The position numbers and the translations under genes were made by a program. A DNA stretch of 64,000 bases from an uncultured Lachnospiraceae bacterium (GTDB lineage: Bacteria > Bacillota > Clostridia > Lachnospirales > Lachnospiraceae). Position 1 is the stretch's first letter. Each line of letters opens with the position of its first letter. The notes under the pieces were generated by a model, which made no database searches, had not been told where the DNA came from, and worked only from the letters and a program-made list of their open reading frames with translations. Where the stretch lies: positions 3,882-67,881 of the forward strand of contig CARUOB010000007.1 in NCBI GenBank assembly GCA_949076555.1. The letters run 5' to 3'. Shown in pieces: positions 1 through 8,306 of this stretch.

Positions 1-151
1 AAAGCCCCTTGTAGCCCGACACCTGATTCTTCTTCGTCACCTCCGGACTGATCGTGATGACCAGATCGACAGGACAGATTTCCTTCTGAATAAAATCGAC
101 GATATTCTCGGATGTATCTTTTACCCCGAACACAACTACCTTGTATTTCAT
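1..151 (-). CDS. Partial CDS (5' end only); possible sugar N-formyltransferase / formyltransferase-fold protein
   Basis: Manual translation MKYKVVVFGVKDTSENIVDFIQKEICPVDLVITISPEVTKKNQVSGYKGL runs off the window edge. The KVVVFG..VDLVIT pattern resembles a formyltransferase N-terminus. Confidence 0.4.
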   Translation of the reverse strand, partial: MKYKVVVFGVKDTSENIVDFIQKEICPVDLVITISPEVTKKNQVSGYKGL

Positions 152-184
152 ATCTGCCGCCCTCTCTTCCATAACACGTGATAT

Positions 185-1162
185 TTATTTTAAGTATTCC
201 CTATACCAGTCGATCGCCAGCCCTATCCCTTTCTCAAAATCATAGGCGGGATCATACCCCAGCAGTTTCCGCGCCTTGCTGATATCCGCATTGGAATCCC
301 GCACGTCGCCTGCCCTCGCCGGACCGAATTTCGGCTCTACCGAAACACCGAGCGCCTGACAGAGCTGCTCATACATATCAAGCAGGTACAAACGGCCCCC
401 CGCCCCGATATTGAACGCCTCTCCCGCCGCGCTGCTTTCCGCCTTGCAGGCGCGCAGGTTCGCCTCAATCACATTGTCAATATAGGTAAAATCGCGGGAC
501 TGTTTCCCGTCACCGTTGATGGTGGGCGTCTCCCCGTGGAGAAGCTGTTTTATAAATTTCGGGATCACCGCCGCATACGCCCCGTCCGGGTCCTGTCTGC
601 GGCCAAACACATTAAAGTAGCGAAGACCGTAAGTGTCAAGCCCGTACAGCTCCTTGTAGAGCCGTCCGTACTCCTCATCCGTCTTCTTGGTCAGGGCGTA
701 GGGCGAGATCACACGTCCCTCCTGTCCCTCTCTCTTCGGAAGCTCTGTGGAATCCCCGTAAACGGAAGAGCTTGAAGCATAGACAAACTTTTTCACGCCG
801 CACCGTGTCGCCGCCTCCATCATATTCAGCGTGCCCCGGATATTAATCTCCTCGTAGACAAGCGGCATCTCCATGCTTCTTGGCACACTTCCCCAAGCCG
901 CCTGATGCAGCACATAATCCACGCCCTCACAGGCCGACTCGCAGGTCTTAAAATCCCGGATGTCTCCCTCTATAAATGTAAATCCGGCTTTCCCCATAAA
1001 ATGCTCAATATTTTCATACTTTCCCGTGGACAGATCGTCCAGACATCGCACCTTACAGTCCATGTCAAGCAGCGCCTCACAGAGATTCGAACCGATAAAA
1101 CCGGCTCCCCCTGTCACAAGAAATACAGTCCCTTTTTCGAATTTGATGTCCTGATAGCTCAT
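185..1162 (-). CDS. NAD-dependent UDP-HexNAc(A) 4-epimerase, WbpP/TviC-like SDR
   Basis: GGAGFIGS Rossmann motif, HQAAWGSVPRS, YALTK (YxxxK), GLRYFNVFGRRQDPDGAYAAVIPKF. Confidence 0.9.
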   Translation of the reverse strand: MSYQDIKFEKGTVFLVTGGAGFIGSNLCEALLDMDCKVRCLDDLSTGKYENIEHFMGKAGFTFIEGDIRDFKTCESACEGVDYVLHQAAWGSVPRSMEMPLVYEEINIRGTLNMMEAATRCGVKKFVYASSSSVYGDSTELPKREGQEGRVISPYALTKKTDEEYGRLYKELYGLDTYGLRYFNVFGRRQDPDGAYAAVIPKFIKQLLHGETPTINGDGKQSRDFTYIDNVIEANLRACKAESSAAGEAFNIGAGGRLYLLDMYEQLCQALGVSVEPKFGPARAGDVRDSNADISKARKLLGYDPAYDFEKGIGLAIDWYREYLK

Positions 1163-2520
1163 TTTTTACCTCCCAAATCCTTCCATAACATTTTATTTTC
1201 ACACGCCTCCCTGATCAGCAGATACAGCGCGATATAAAACAGGGAAAACCCATAGATCATGTACCGCGACAGACACATAATGGTCATCGATGTGGCGCAC
1301 ACATTCGCTATAATAAACAATAACGCCGTTCCCATGACGACCGCCGCCTGAAACCGTCTTTTCACAATCATCTGCCGCAATAACAGCCCCGCCGCCAGAA
1401 GATAGAGAAAGAGCGCGACAAAGTTGATAAGCGGGTGCACCACCGCAATGCTCCTGACAAATCCGTTCCGGCACAAAAGAATGTAGTCGTACAACCACTG
1501 TCCGAAACAGGCCGGCAGAAGCTTTTTGATCATCTTTCCCGCCATCTCGTCGGACATGCTGCTCTGTTCGTAATAATCCACCTCTCCCAGACCGAAGTAA
1601 TAGGCCGACAACTCCGCCTCCAGAATCCGAAACTTCAATATGTCGTGGTTTTCCTCCAGATAAGCGGCCCGCTCGTCAAAGCTGTCCCCGGCGTACACAT
1701 AATTCAATCTCTGCTCCATCGACTTACGGTAAAAACTGTCAAAAAAGGCCTGCTCCAGATCCCCTTCCGCAAAGACTTCCCTGTCTTCCTCGTCGCAGGC
1801 ATATATCACATTGGTGAGCGTATTCACCTGCCCGTAGGTATTGCCCATAAAGTACCCGGTCACGCCGTAATTATACACATGTACCGTCAAATCCCGCAAA
1901 AGAAAGACAAGAATCACAGCCGACGCGCACATAAACAGCATGCGGTATTTTTTGATCAATAAAATACGAATCCCCAGAAGAAGCGCCCACAGGAGAATCG
2001 TTGTCATCATTTGTCCTCTGGTCATGGAAAGCAGATAGGCGAAAAAGAGCGCAGCCACCGCGTCGCGTCCCTTTCCCTCAAAAAGCATCCGCAAGAGAAA
2101 ATATACGAATATGGTAAAAAGCGGAATGCACAGCCCCTCGCTCATCACCGAATTTTCCAAAAAAATGTGCAGCGCCGACACATACCGTGTAATCAGATGC
2201 GGCAAAAGCTGCAGGCCCACAAGCAGCAGCTCTTCCCACAGCCGGAGGCCAAAGCGTCTGGTCAGATACTCTGTGAGAGCCGTGATTCCCACCGCCGTGA
2301 GTATCCCCTGACCGGCCATCGCCGCCGTCAGATACCCTTCCCCGAAAACAGCCCGAAAAGCCGCCAGATAGAGCGGGTAGAGCGGTTCCCTGTGAATATG
2401 CATCGTAATATATTGTTCGGAATCATTATAAACCCCGACCCCGCCAACTGCAAGCAGCCCCCCAAAAAAGATGAGGAGCCCTGTGAAAAGATACAGAGCC
2501 CTTTTTTTATTTCTACCCAC
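1159..2520 (-). CDS. Multi-pass membrane protein, probable GT-C-fold glycosyltransferase
   Basis: About 10 hydrophobic segments; acidic loop after TM1 (YNDSEQY..HREPLYP) and SEGL motif. GTG start; overlaps the next gene. Confidence 0.6.
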   Translation of the reverse strand: MGRNKKRALYLFTGLLIFFGGLLAVGGVGVYNDSEQYITMHIHREPLYPLYLAAFRAVFGEGYLTAAMAGQGILTAVGITALTEYLTRRFGLRLWEELLLVGLQLLPHLITRYVSALHIFLENSVMSEGLCIPLFTIFVYFLLRMLFEGKGRDAVAALFFAYLLSMTRGQMMTTILLWALLLGIRILLIKKYRMLFMCASAVILVFLLRDLTVHVYNYGVTGYFMGNTYGQVNTLTNVIYACDEEDREVFAEGDLEQAFFDSFYRKSMEQRLNYVYAGDSFDERAAYLEENHDILKFRILEAELSAYYFGLGEVDYYEQSSMSDEMAGKMIKKLLPACFGQWLYDYILLCRNGFVRSIAVVHPLINFVALFLYLLAAGLLLRQMIVKRRFQAAVVMGTALLFIIANVCATSMTIMCLSRYMIYGFSLFYIALYLLIREACENKMLWKDLGGKK

Positions 2521-2542
2521 TATTATCCCCCACGATTCTTCG

Positions 2543-2633
2543 GCGCGAGATTTAGAACTTCCAAGTCAGCTGTGCTGACTTTGCGAAGCAGCCTTTGCTA
2601 CGAGTGATTTAGAAGTTCTTCTCGCGCGCCTAC
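2543..2633. repeat. Palindromic REP-like repeat, family 1, copy 1
   Basis: Nested stems GCGCGAGA/TCTCGCGC and AGAACTTC/GAAGTTCT around GCGAAGCAGCCTTTGCT, plus an extra hairpin AAGTCAGC/GCTGACTT. Homologous to copies at 6152, 42629, 49540 and 59577. Confidence 0.85.
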
Positions 2634-3946
2634 AGTCTCCAATACCTATAATCCTCTGTCAAATATTCTTTCCGGTTGAGTAATCCCTTCAAATCCATCA
2701 GCACCTTTCTCTTGTGCGCCGGATTATAGAAAGAAGAAATTTTCTCTTTGTCAAGACTTAAGAACTGCTCGTGGGCCACGGCAATGACCAGCGCGTCCAC
2801 ATCCTTGATCTCATCCATAGTCTGGAACGTAATCCCGTAAAGCCGCTCCGCCTCAGAGGCATCCGCCGCCGGATCGACCACAATGGGAACAATGCCATAC
2901 TCTCCAAGCTCTCTGTAAATATCGATCACCTTCGTGTTTCTCGTATCCGGGCAGTTCTCCTTAAACGTAAAGCCCAAAATCGCCACTTTCGCGTGCTTCA
3001 CGGAAATATTCGCCTTAATCAGGTTTTTCACCAGACTCTCCGCCACATATTTTCCCATATCGTCGTTGATACGTCTGCCGGAAAGGATGATCTGGGAATG
3101 GTATCCAAGCTGTTCCGCCTTATAAGTCAGATAATAAGGGTCTACGCCGATACAGTGGCCGCCCACAAGTCCCGGCATAAAGGGCAGGAAGTTCCATTTC
3201 GTGCCCGCCGCTTCCAGCACGGATTTGGTGTCGATCCCCATCTTGTGAAAAATGATGGAAAGTTCATTCATGAACGCGATATTGATGTCTCTCTGGCTGT
3301 TCTCAATGACCTTGGCCGCCTCCGCCACCTTGATGGATTCCGCACGGTATACGCCCACTTCCACCACCAGCTCATAGACCTTCGCAACCGTATCGAGGGT
3401 TTCCTCGTCCATGCCCGACACGATCTTCGTGATCGTCTCTAACCTGTGTACTTTGTCGCCCGGGTTGATCCGCTCGGGAGAGTATCCGATCTTGAAATCC
3501 ACACCACATTTTAAGCCCGACTCTTTTTCCAAAATCGGCACACATACATCTTCCGTCACGCCGGGGTACACGGTAGACTCGAACACCACCACAGAGCCCT
3601 TCGTCAGGTTTTGCCCCAGAATGCGGCTGGCCCCTTCCACCGGGGAAAGATCCGGCGTATGGTCTTCATTGACAGGCGTAGGCACTGCCACAATATGGAA
3701 CTTTGCCTCTTTAATCTTTGTGGGATCAACCGTAAATTCTACTTTCGTATTGCGGATCACCTCGTCTCCCACCTCGTTCGTGGGGTCAATGCCGTTTTTG
3801 TACAGGTCGATCTTCGCCTCGTTCAAGTCAAATCCAACCACCTTGATCTTCTTGGCAAAAGCCACCGCGATCGGCATACCCACATAGCCAAGTCCGATCA
3901 GTGAAAGTTTTTCCTCTCCACTCACAAGCTTTTCATATAATTCCAT
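2630..3946 (-). CDS. UDP-N-acetylhexosamine 6-dehydrogenase, WbpO/TviB-like
   Basis: GLGYVGMP, ESTVYPG, YSPERINPGD, AKVIENSQRDINIAFMNEL, PGLVGGHCIGVDPYYL (catalytic Cys), FKENCPDTRNTK. Confidence 0.92.
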   Translation of the reverse strand: MELYEKLVSGEEKLSLIGLGYVGMPIAVAFAKKIKVVGFDLNEAKIDLYKNGIDPTNEVGDEVIRNTKVEFTVDPTKIKEAKFHIVAVPTPVNEDHTPDLSPVEGASRILGQNLTKGSVVVFESTVYPGVTEDVCVPILEKESGLKCGVDFKIGYSPERINPGDKVHRLETITKIVSGMDEETLDTVAKVYELVVEVGVYRAESIKVAEAAKVIENSQRDINIAFMNELSIIFHKMGIDTKSVLEAAGTKWNFLPFMPGLVGGHCIGVDPYYLTYKAEQLGYHSQIILSGRRINDDMGKYVAESLVKNLIKANISVKHAKVAILGFTFKENCPDTRNTKVIDIYRELGEYGIVPIVVDPAADASEAERLYGITFQTMDEIKDVDALVIAVAHEQFLSLDKEKISSFYNPAHKRKVLMDLKGLLNRKEYLTEDYRYWRL

Positions 3947-4025
3947 CTTTTCCTCCGTTTCCCGATTCCGCGCATCGGTCTATTGCTGTCATTCTGCCGC
4001 ATCTCTTTTTCCGGCAGTCAGTTTT

Positions 4026-5129
4026 CTATCTCAGGCTGTCCGGCGGCTCACCAAGAATCAGCCCTGTCTCCTCCATATAAGCAGCCGTCACCAGTCTGCG
4101 GTCAAATTCCCGCTCCATCTTCTCTCTGCCGCGCTGTCCCATCTGCGCACGCTCCTGGGCGGAAAGAGAAAGAAATTTTTCCAGCGCTGCAATCAATTCC
4201 TCTGGGTTCCCCGGTGTAAATCCAAAACCTGTCACACCCTCCTCAAAGGCCTCCTTACAACCGCTGATATTCGAAGCGATCACCGGCCTGCCCGTGGCCG
4301 CGCCCTCGATCAGCGCGTTGGACATGCCCTCGTGGAAGGAAGCTACCACTATAGCGTCGGCCGCCGCCAGATACTCGTGTACCTGCGTGTGGAAACCGAT
4401 CTGCCGGACTACGCCCTCCTTCTCCAAGTCGTCCAAAAGCTCCTGGTAATCTTCGTCACAGTACCCCATGATATCGAAACATACCCGGTCGCTATGTAAT
4501 TTCTGCGCCGCCGCAATATATTCGAGGATGCCGCGCTCCTTCATCACCCTGCCCACGAAGAGAAAATGAATCTTCTCTCTCTCGGGATAAGGCTCATAAC
4601 CGTGCTTTTTCAGATTCACCCCGGAACCCATGACCATCCTCGACTTTTTCGCCGTGATGCCCATGTTCTGAAAAATCCCTCTGTTCTCCTCATTTTGAAA
4701 AAACACGCAGGCCGCCCGTTTTAAGCCCGCGCGGTACATTGAGACGATCAGCTTAAGGAGCGGACCCGTCCTGTCAAAAGCGCCCCCAAGCCCTGTGATC
4801 GTGGCTATATAGGGAATCTTTCTTACGCCTGCGGCAAACCCGCCGTATATATTGGGTTTGATCGTGTAGGTCACTACCAGATCAGGCTTGAGTTCCTTCA
4901 TCATTTTAGCGTAAGCGCGGTATAACTTCAAGTCCTCCAGCGGATTGATTCCCCTGCGGTTGATCGGCGTCTCTATGATATGACACCCCGCCGCTTCCAG
5001 CTCCATGCCTTTCACGTCGTCCGGCATACTCACCCACACTTCATATACCGCGCAGAGCGCCTCTATAAATTCGCCCCGAAAGTCATACAGGCCGCCGGAG
5101 GAGTTTGTCAGAACCAAGACCTTTTTCAT
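4026..5129 (-). CDS. Glycosyltransferase family 4 (PglA/CapM-like)
   Basis: TIKPNIYG, TITGLG, FFQNEEN, GSGVNL, EGMSNALIEGAATGRPVIASNISGC (EX7E). Confidence 0.9.
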   Translation of the reverse strand: MKKVLVLTNSSGGLYDFRGEFIEALCAVYEVWVSMPDDVKGMELEAAGCHIIETPINRRGINPLEDLKLYRAYAKMMKELKPDLVVTYTIKPNIYGGFAAGVRKIPYIATITGLGGAFDRTGPLLKLIVSMYRAGLKRAACVFFQNEENRGIFQNMGITAKKSRMVMGSGVNLKKHGYEPYPEREKIHFLFVGRVMKERGILEYIAAAQKLHSDRVCFDIMGYCDEDYQELLDDLEKEGVVRQIGFHTQVHEYLAAADAIVVASFHEGMSNALIEGAATGRPVIASNISGCKEAFEEGVTGFGFTPGNPEELIAALEKFLSLSAQERAQMGQRGREKMEREFDRRLVTAAYMEETGLILGEPPDSLR

Positions 5130-6109
5130 GGCACAATTTCCTCCCCCGCCATATCCCGTATCATCACCTCGTTAAACTTCATCATGCAGACCCCTTCTTT
5201 GTATGCGCCGATCCGCACCTCGTTCTCCTGCCCGGAGAGGTTTCTCACCACCGCCGAAGCCAGATTGACGCCACAACAATACGCGTGGGGATACCCGCCG
5301 CCGAAGCGGGGATTTACCTCAGAAATATAGTAAACGCCGTCAATCTCAAAAATATCGATGTCTATCATGCCGCGAAAACCGCATTTTTCCGCAAAATCCC
5401 GTATCAGCGCAAACAGCTTCTCATCCTGAAAGGACACGGACTTATCCGTCTCTCCCGCGCGCATCTTGATCTTCTTTTTGACGAAGATATCCGTACATTT
5501 CCCGGACAGCATATCCACGTACACGTCCGCGCCGAACTCTGTACCATCCATGTACTCCTGAATCATCAGATCATCATAGAGATCGAAAAGCACCTCAATT
5601 TCCTTTTTGCTAAAGACCTTATTGATGTGGATGCTGGCGCTGCCCCGCACAGGCTTCACAAAGACGGGATAAGAAATCTCCCCGGCCTCCTCAGCCCGGT
5701 AGAAGGACTCCTTGTCCACATAACACTTGGCCGCAGGAATCTGCATCTTCTGCAGCAGTTCAAACATCCGGTACTTGTCAAAGCATGTCTCCACCAGCTC
5801 ATAATCGGAGATAATGGGCGTCGTCCCCACAGCCAAAAAGCGCTCCCGCTCCTTGGCCAAAAGAGAAAGTTCCGGGTCAATCAGCGAAAATACGCCATCT
5901 ATTTTTTCTTTCTCGCAAATTTCCAAAACCCTGTCCAGATACCCTGGCTCCGTGATTCTTGGCACCAGGAAGAAATCGTCCGCCTCATACACCGCAGGCG
6001 CCAGATTGGAGCAGTCCGTCGCAATCACCCTGCCCTTGCCTGCCAGCTCCTTCTTAAAATACTGCACCACCTTGTCGCGGGTGCCCGCACTCAAAATCAG
6101 AATATTCAT
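5126..6109 (-). CDS. ATP-grasp ligase (carbamoyl-phosphate-synthase-like family found in polysaccharide loci)
   Basis: CFDKY, FVKPVRGSAS, IQEYMDGTEF, ISEVNPRFGGGYP. Start moved to MNILILSAG, which has a GGAGG SD. Confidence 0.85.
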   Translation of the reverse strand: MNILILSAGTRDKVVQYFKKELAGKGRVIATDCSNLAPAVYEADDFFLVPRITEPGYLDRVLEICEKEKIDGVFSLIDPELSLLAKERERFLAVGTTPIISDYELVETCFDKYRMFELLQKMQIPAAKCYVDKESFYRAEEAGEISYPVFVKPVRGSASIHINKVFSKKEIEVLFDLYDDLMIQEYMDGTEFGADVYVDMLSGKCTDIFVKKKIKMRAGETDKSVSFQDEKLFALIRDFAEKCGFRGMIDIDIFEIDGVYYISEVNPRFGGGYPHAYCCGVNLASAVVRNLSGQENEVRIGAYKEGVCMMKFNEVMIRDMAGEEIVP

Positions 6110-6130
6110 ACTAACCTCCATGTCGCTGCT

Positions 6131-6859
6131 TTACAGCGACTCATAATCAGCGGACGAACAAGTTCGTCCTAGAGAATGCCCGTTTTTCGGCATTCTCTTG
6201 CGTGAGATGGAGTTGCAAAGCAACTCCATCTCACGCTCTTCAAGCTGCTTCTTTCTGATTTCCGCAAAATTCCCCTCCGCCGCGTTGGTATCTTCCGCCA
6301 CCTCGTCGGTGTGCCCAAGCACCGTCTGCACCGTCATCCAAAGCACTTTCATATCCATGCCGAAAGTCAGATGCTCCACGTACTCCACGTCTTTTTGAAA
6401 CCGCCTGTCCCAATCGAGGAAATTGCGCCCGCTCACCTGTGCAAGCCCCGTCAGCCCCGGCCGCACGCTGTGTCTTAATCGTTCGCGCTCCGTATAGTAG
6501 GGCAGATAAGAGACGAGCAAGGGCCTTGGACCAATCACGCTCATATCCCCCTTCAAAATATTGAAAAGCTCCGGCAGCTCGTCCAAACTCGTGGCCCGCA
6601 AGAATTTCCCAAACTTCGTAAGCCGCACCGCGTCCGGCAAAAGCGCCCCCTTCTCATCCCGCGCGTCCGTCATCGTGCGAAACTTACAGAGGGTAAAAAT
6701 CTTTTCATCCTTCCCCGGCCTCTTCTGCTTAAACAGCACCGGACTCCCCAGCTTCACCCGCACCAGAACGGCCAGAATGATCAACACCGGACTGAGTACG
6801 ATAATACCGCACAGGGACAACAAAAAATCCAGACATCTTTTGATACAATTCTTATACAT
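6131..6859 (-). CDS. Small monotopic phosphoglycosyltransferase (PglC/EpsL/WcfS-like) with a repeat-derived C-terminal tail
   Basis: IKRCLD, KFRTM, LRATSLDELPEL, GDMSVIGPRP, RHSVRPGLTGLAQVSGRN. Confidence 0.92.
   Translation of the reverse strand: MYKNCIKRCLDFLLSLCGIIVLSPVLIILAVLVRVKLGSPVLFKQKRPGKDEKIFTLCKFRTMTDARDEKGALLPDAVRLTKFGKFLRATSLDELPELFNILKGDMSVIGPRPLLVSYLPYYTERERLRHSVRPGLTGLAQVSGRNFLDWDRRFQKDVEYVEHLTFGMDMKVLWMTVQTVLGHTDEVAEDTNAAEGNFAEIRKKQLEEREMELLCNSISRKRMPKNGHSLGRTCSSADYESL
6152..6239. repeat. Palindromic REP-like repeat, family 1, copy 2 (inside the CDS 3' end)
   Basis: Three hairpins: GGACGAAC-AA-GTTCGTCC, AGAGAATGCC/GGCATTCTCT and GCGTGAGATGGAGTTGC-AAA-GCAACTCCATCTCACGC. The first two match the copy at 42629. 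Confidence 0.85.
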
Positions 6860-6970
6860 ATATTGTTCCTCTCTGAGGATATTTTATGATTCCCCAAAGC
6901 CGTAATCTATGGCAGCACCGGCAAGAACCGCACCGTGCTCCCTGCACCGAAAGCTCTTTAGCCTGCGGTT

Positions 6971-6999
6971 ATTATAGCATATATAAATCCAATTGTCTC
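6971..6999 (-). promoter_or_regulatory. Putative sigma-A promoter for the PglC-like gene and downstream genes
   Basis: Minus strand GAGACA-17 nt-TATAAT with an extended TG. Confidence 0.6.
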
Positions 7000-7130
7000 C
7001 CCGGCCCGGTGAAATTATAACTCGCAAAATCGCATACGAAGCGATATTACCCGCGGAATCGTATCAGGTTGAACTGTTACATTATAACACCTCTCCCCAG
7101 AAATGTTCTGTATATTTTACCAAGACGACA

Positions 7131-7159
7131 TTGATTTACTTGCGTACAGGCTGTATAAT
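7131..7159 (+). promoter_or_regulatory. Putative sigma-A promoter for the PRTase-fold gene
   Basis: TTGATT-17 nt-TATAAT. Confidence 0.65.
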
Positions 7160-7235
7160 ATTTACAACAACAGAATAATTCCTTATGGAAAAATTGTGCA
7201 AAAACCAAAATGTATCGTGATAAGGAGGTACACAC

Positions 7236-7877
7236 ATGAAGGAACTGGTTAAGATTCACTCCAAAAGTCATCCCAACATTGAATTGAAAGCAATCCACGG
7301 ACATTTCGTAACCCCAAACTCCCATATCAATTACTTTTTGGATATGACCACGATGAAAACGAGGTTGAGCGAGGCGTCTACCGCCGCAAAAGAGCTGAGC
7401 AGACAGATCATGCTGTCCACCGTGGTAGATACCATCGTCTGCATAGACGGCTGTGAGATCATCGGCGCGTTTTTAGCGGAGGAGCTGACGAGGGCAGGCG
7501 TTTATTCCCGCAATGCGCACCAGACAATTTACATCGTCACGCCCGAATATTCCACATCCGGACAGATGTTGTTCCGCGATAACTATCTGCCCATGATTAA
7601 AGGAAAAAATATACTGCTGCTTCTCGCTAGCGCAACCACAGGGCGCACCGTCACCAAAGCGGTACAGACCCTTTCCTATTACGGCGCTTCCATCAGCGGC
7701 GTATGCGCGATATTCAGCGCCGCCAACACGGTAGCAGGCATTCCGGTCAATGCGCTGTTCACCACATCGGACATTCCCGAATACAAGACCTACAGTTCGG
7801 AAGAATGCGCGTTGTGCAAAGAAAAACAGCCCATCGACGCTTTTGCAAACGCATTCGGCTATTCCGCGATCCAGTAA
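7236..7877 (+). CDS. Orotate phosphoribosyltransferase-like (PRT-fold) protein with a degenerate PRPP loop
   Basis: AAGGAGG SD; GHF...H...LD N-terminus, GKNILLLLASATTGRT loop, C-terminal CALC. This is the only plus-strand gene. Confidence 0.75.
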   Translation: MKELVKIHSKSHPNIELKAIHGHFVTPNSHINYFLDMTTMKTRLSEASTAAKELSRQIMLSTVVDTIVCIDGCEIIGAFLAEELTRAGVYSRNAHQTIYIVTPEYSTSGQMLFRDNYLPMIKGKNILLLLASATTGRTVTKAVQTLSYYGASISGVCAIFSAANTVAGIPVNALFTTSDIPEYKTYSSEECALCKEKQPIDAFANAFGYSAIQ

Positions 7878-7924
7878 ACCATCGTCCGAATAGAGACGGT
7901 TATCATAACTCTGTTTTTTATTAG

Positions 7925-7990
7925 AATAACTCGCGTGTGGGTAAAGTTATTTTGATGCATCAAAATAACTTTACCCACACGCGAGTTATT
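7925..7990. repeat. Perfect 66-bp palindrome (33-bp arms, no spacer) between convergent genes; possible bidirectional terminator
   Basis: AATAACTCGCGTGTGGGTAAAGTTATTTTGATG is followed directly by its exact reverse complement. Confidence 0.95.
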
Positions 7991-8007
7991 ACTATACATT
8001 TGACTAT

Positions 8008-8250
8008 CTACCTGACATCCTTATACAGCGCATAAAAATCCGCCTCCATATTATCCGCATATCCGGCGTAAAACTGTTTCGCGTCATCCAGCGCCTTGTT
8101 ATAAATTCTGTCCCCAAGCATCTCCTGAAAGAAGTCCAGAATCCTGCCCGTCCCGATCACACCCAGCTCCAGATCGTGCTCTTCCTTGAAAAAAGCCGCA
8201 ATCTCGTCGCACATCCGGGTCTTATCTCTCTCCTCAAATAGTTTCCTCAT
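8008..8250 (-). CDS. Small protein, DUF2164-like
   Basis: 80 aa; I..FF.EE.D.E.G......LDFF...LG..IYNKALDDA pattern; AAGGAG SD. Confidence 0.7.
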   Translation of the reverse strand: MRKLFEERDKTRMCDEIAAFFKEEHDLELGVIGTGRILDFFQEMLGDRIYNKALDDAKQFYAGYADNMEADFYALYKDVR

Positions 8251-8306
8251 TCCGTTCTCCTTATGCGCGGCTGCGCTGCAGCTGCCCCTGTCTCCATCTC
8301 ACGCCT

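Noticed and set aside
8293..8305. CTCCATCTCACGC, a 13-nt match to the family 1 arm at about 6224-6236, just after a stop codon
   Set aside because: It is too short and lacks a partner arm. It may be a decayed copy but this cannot be supported.
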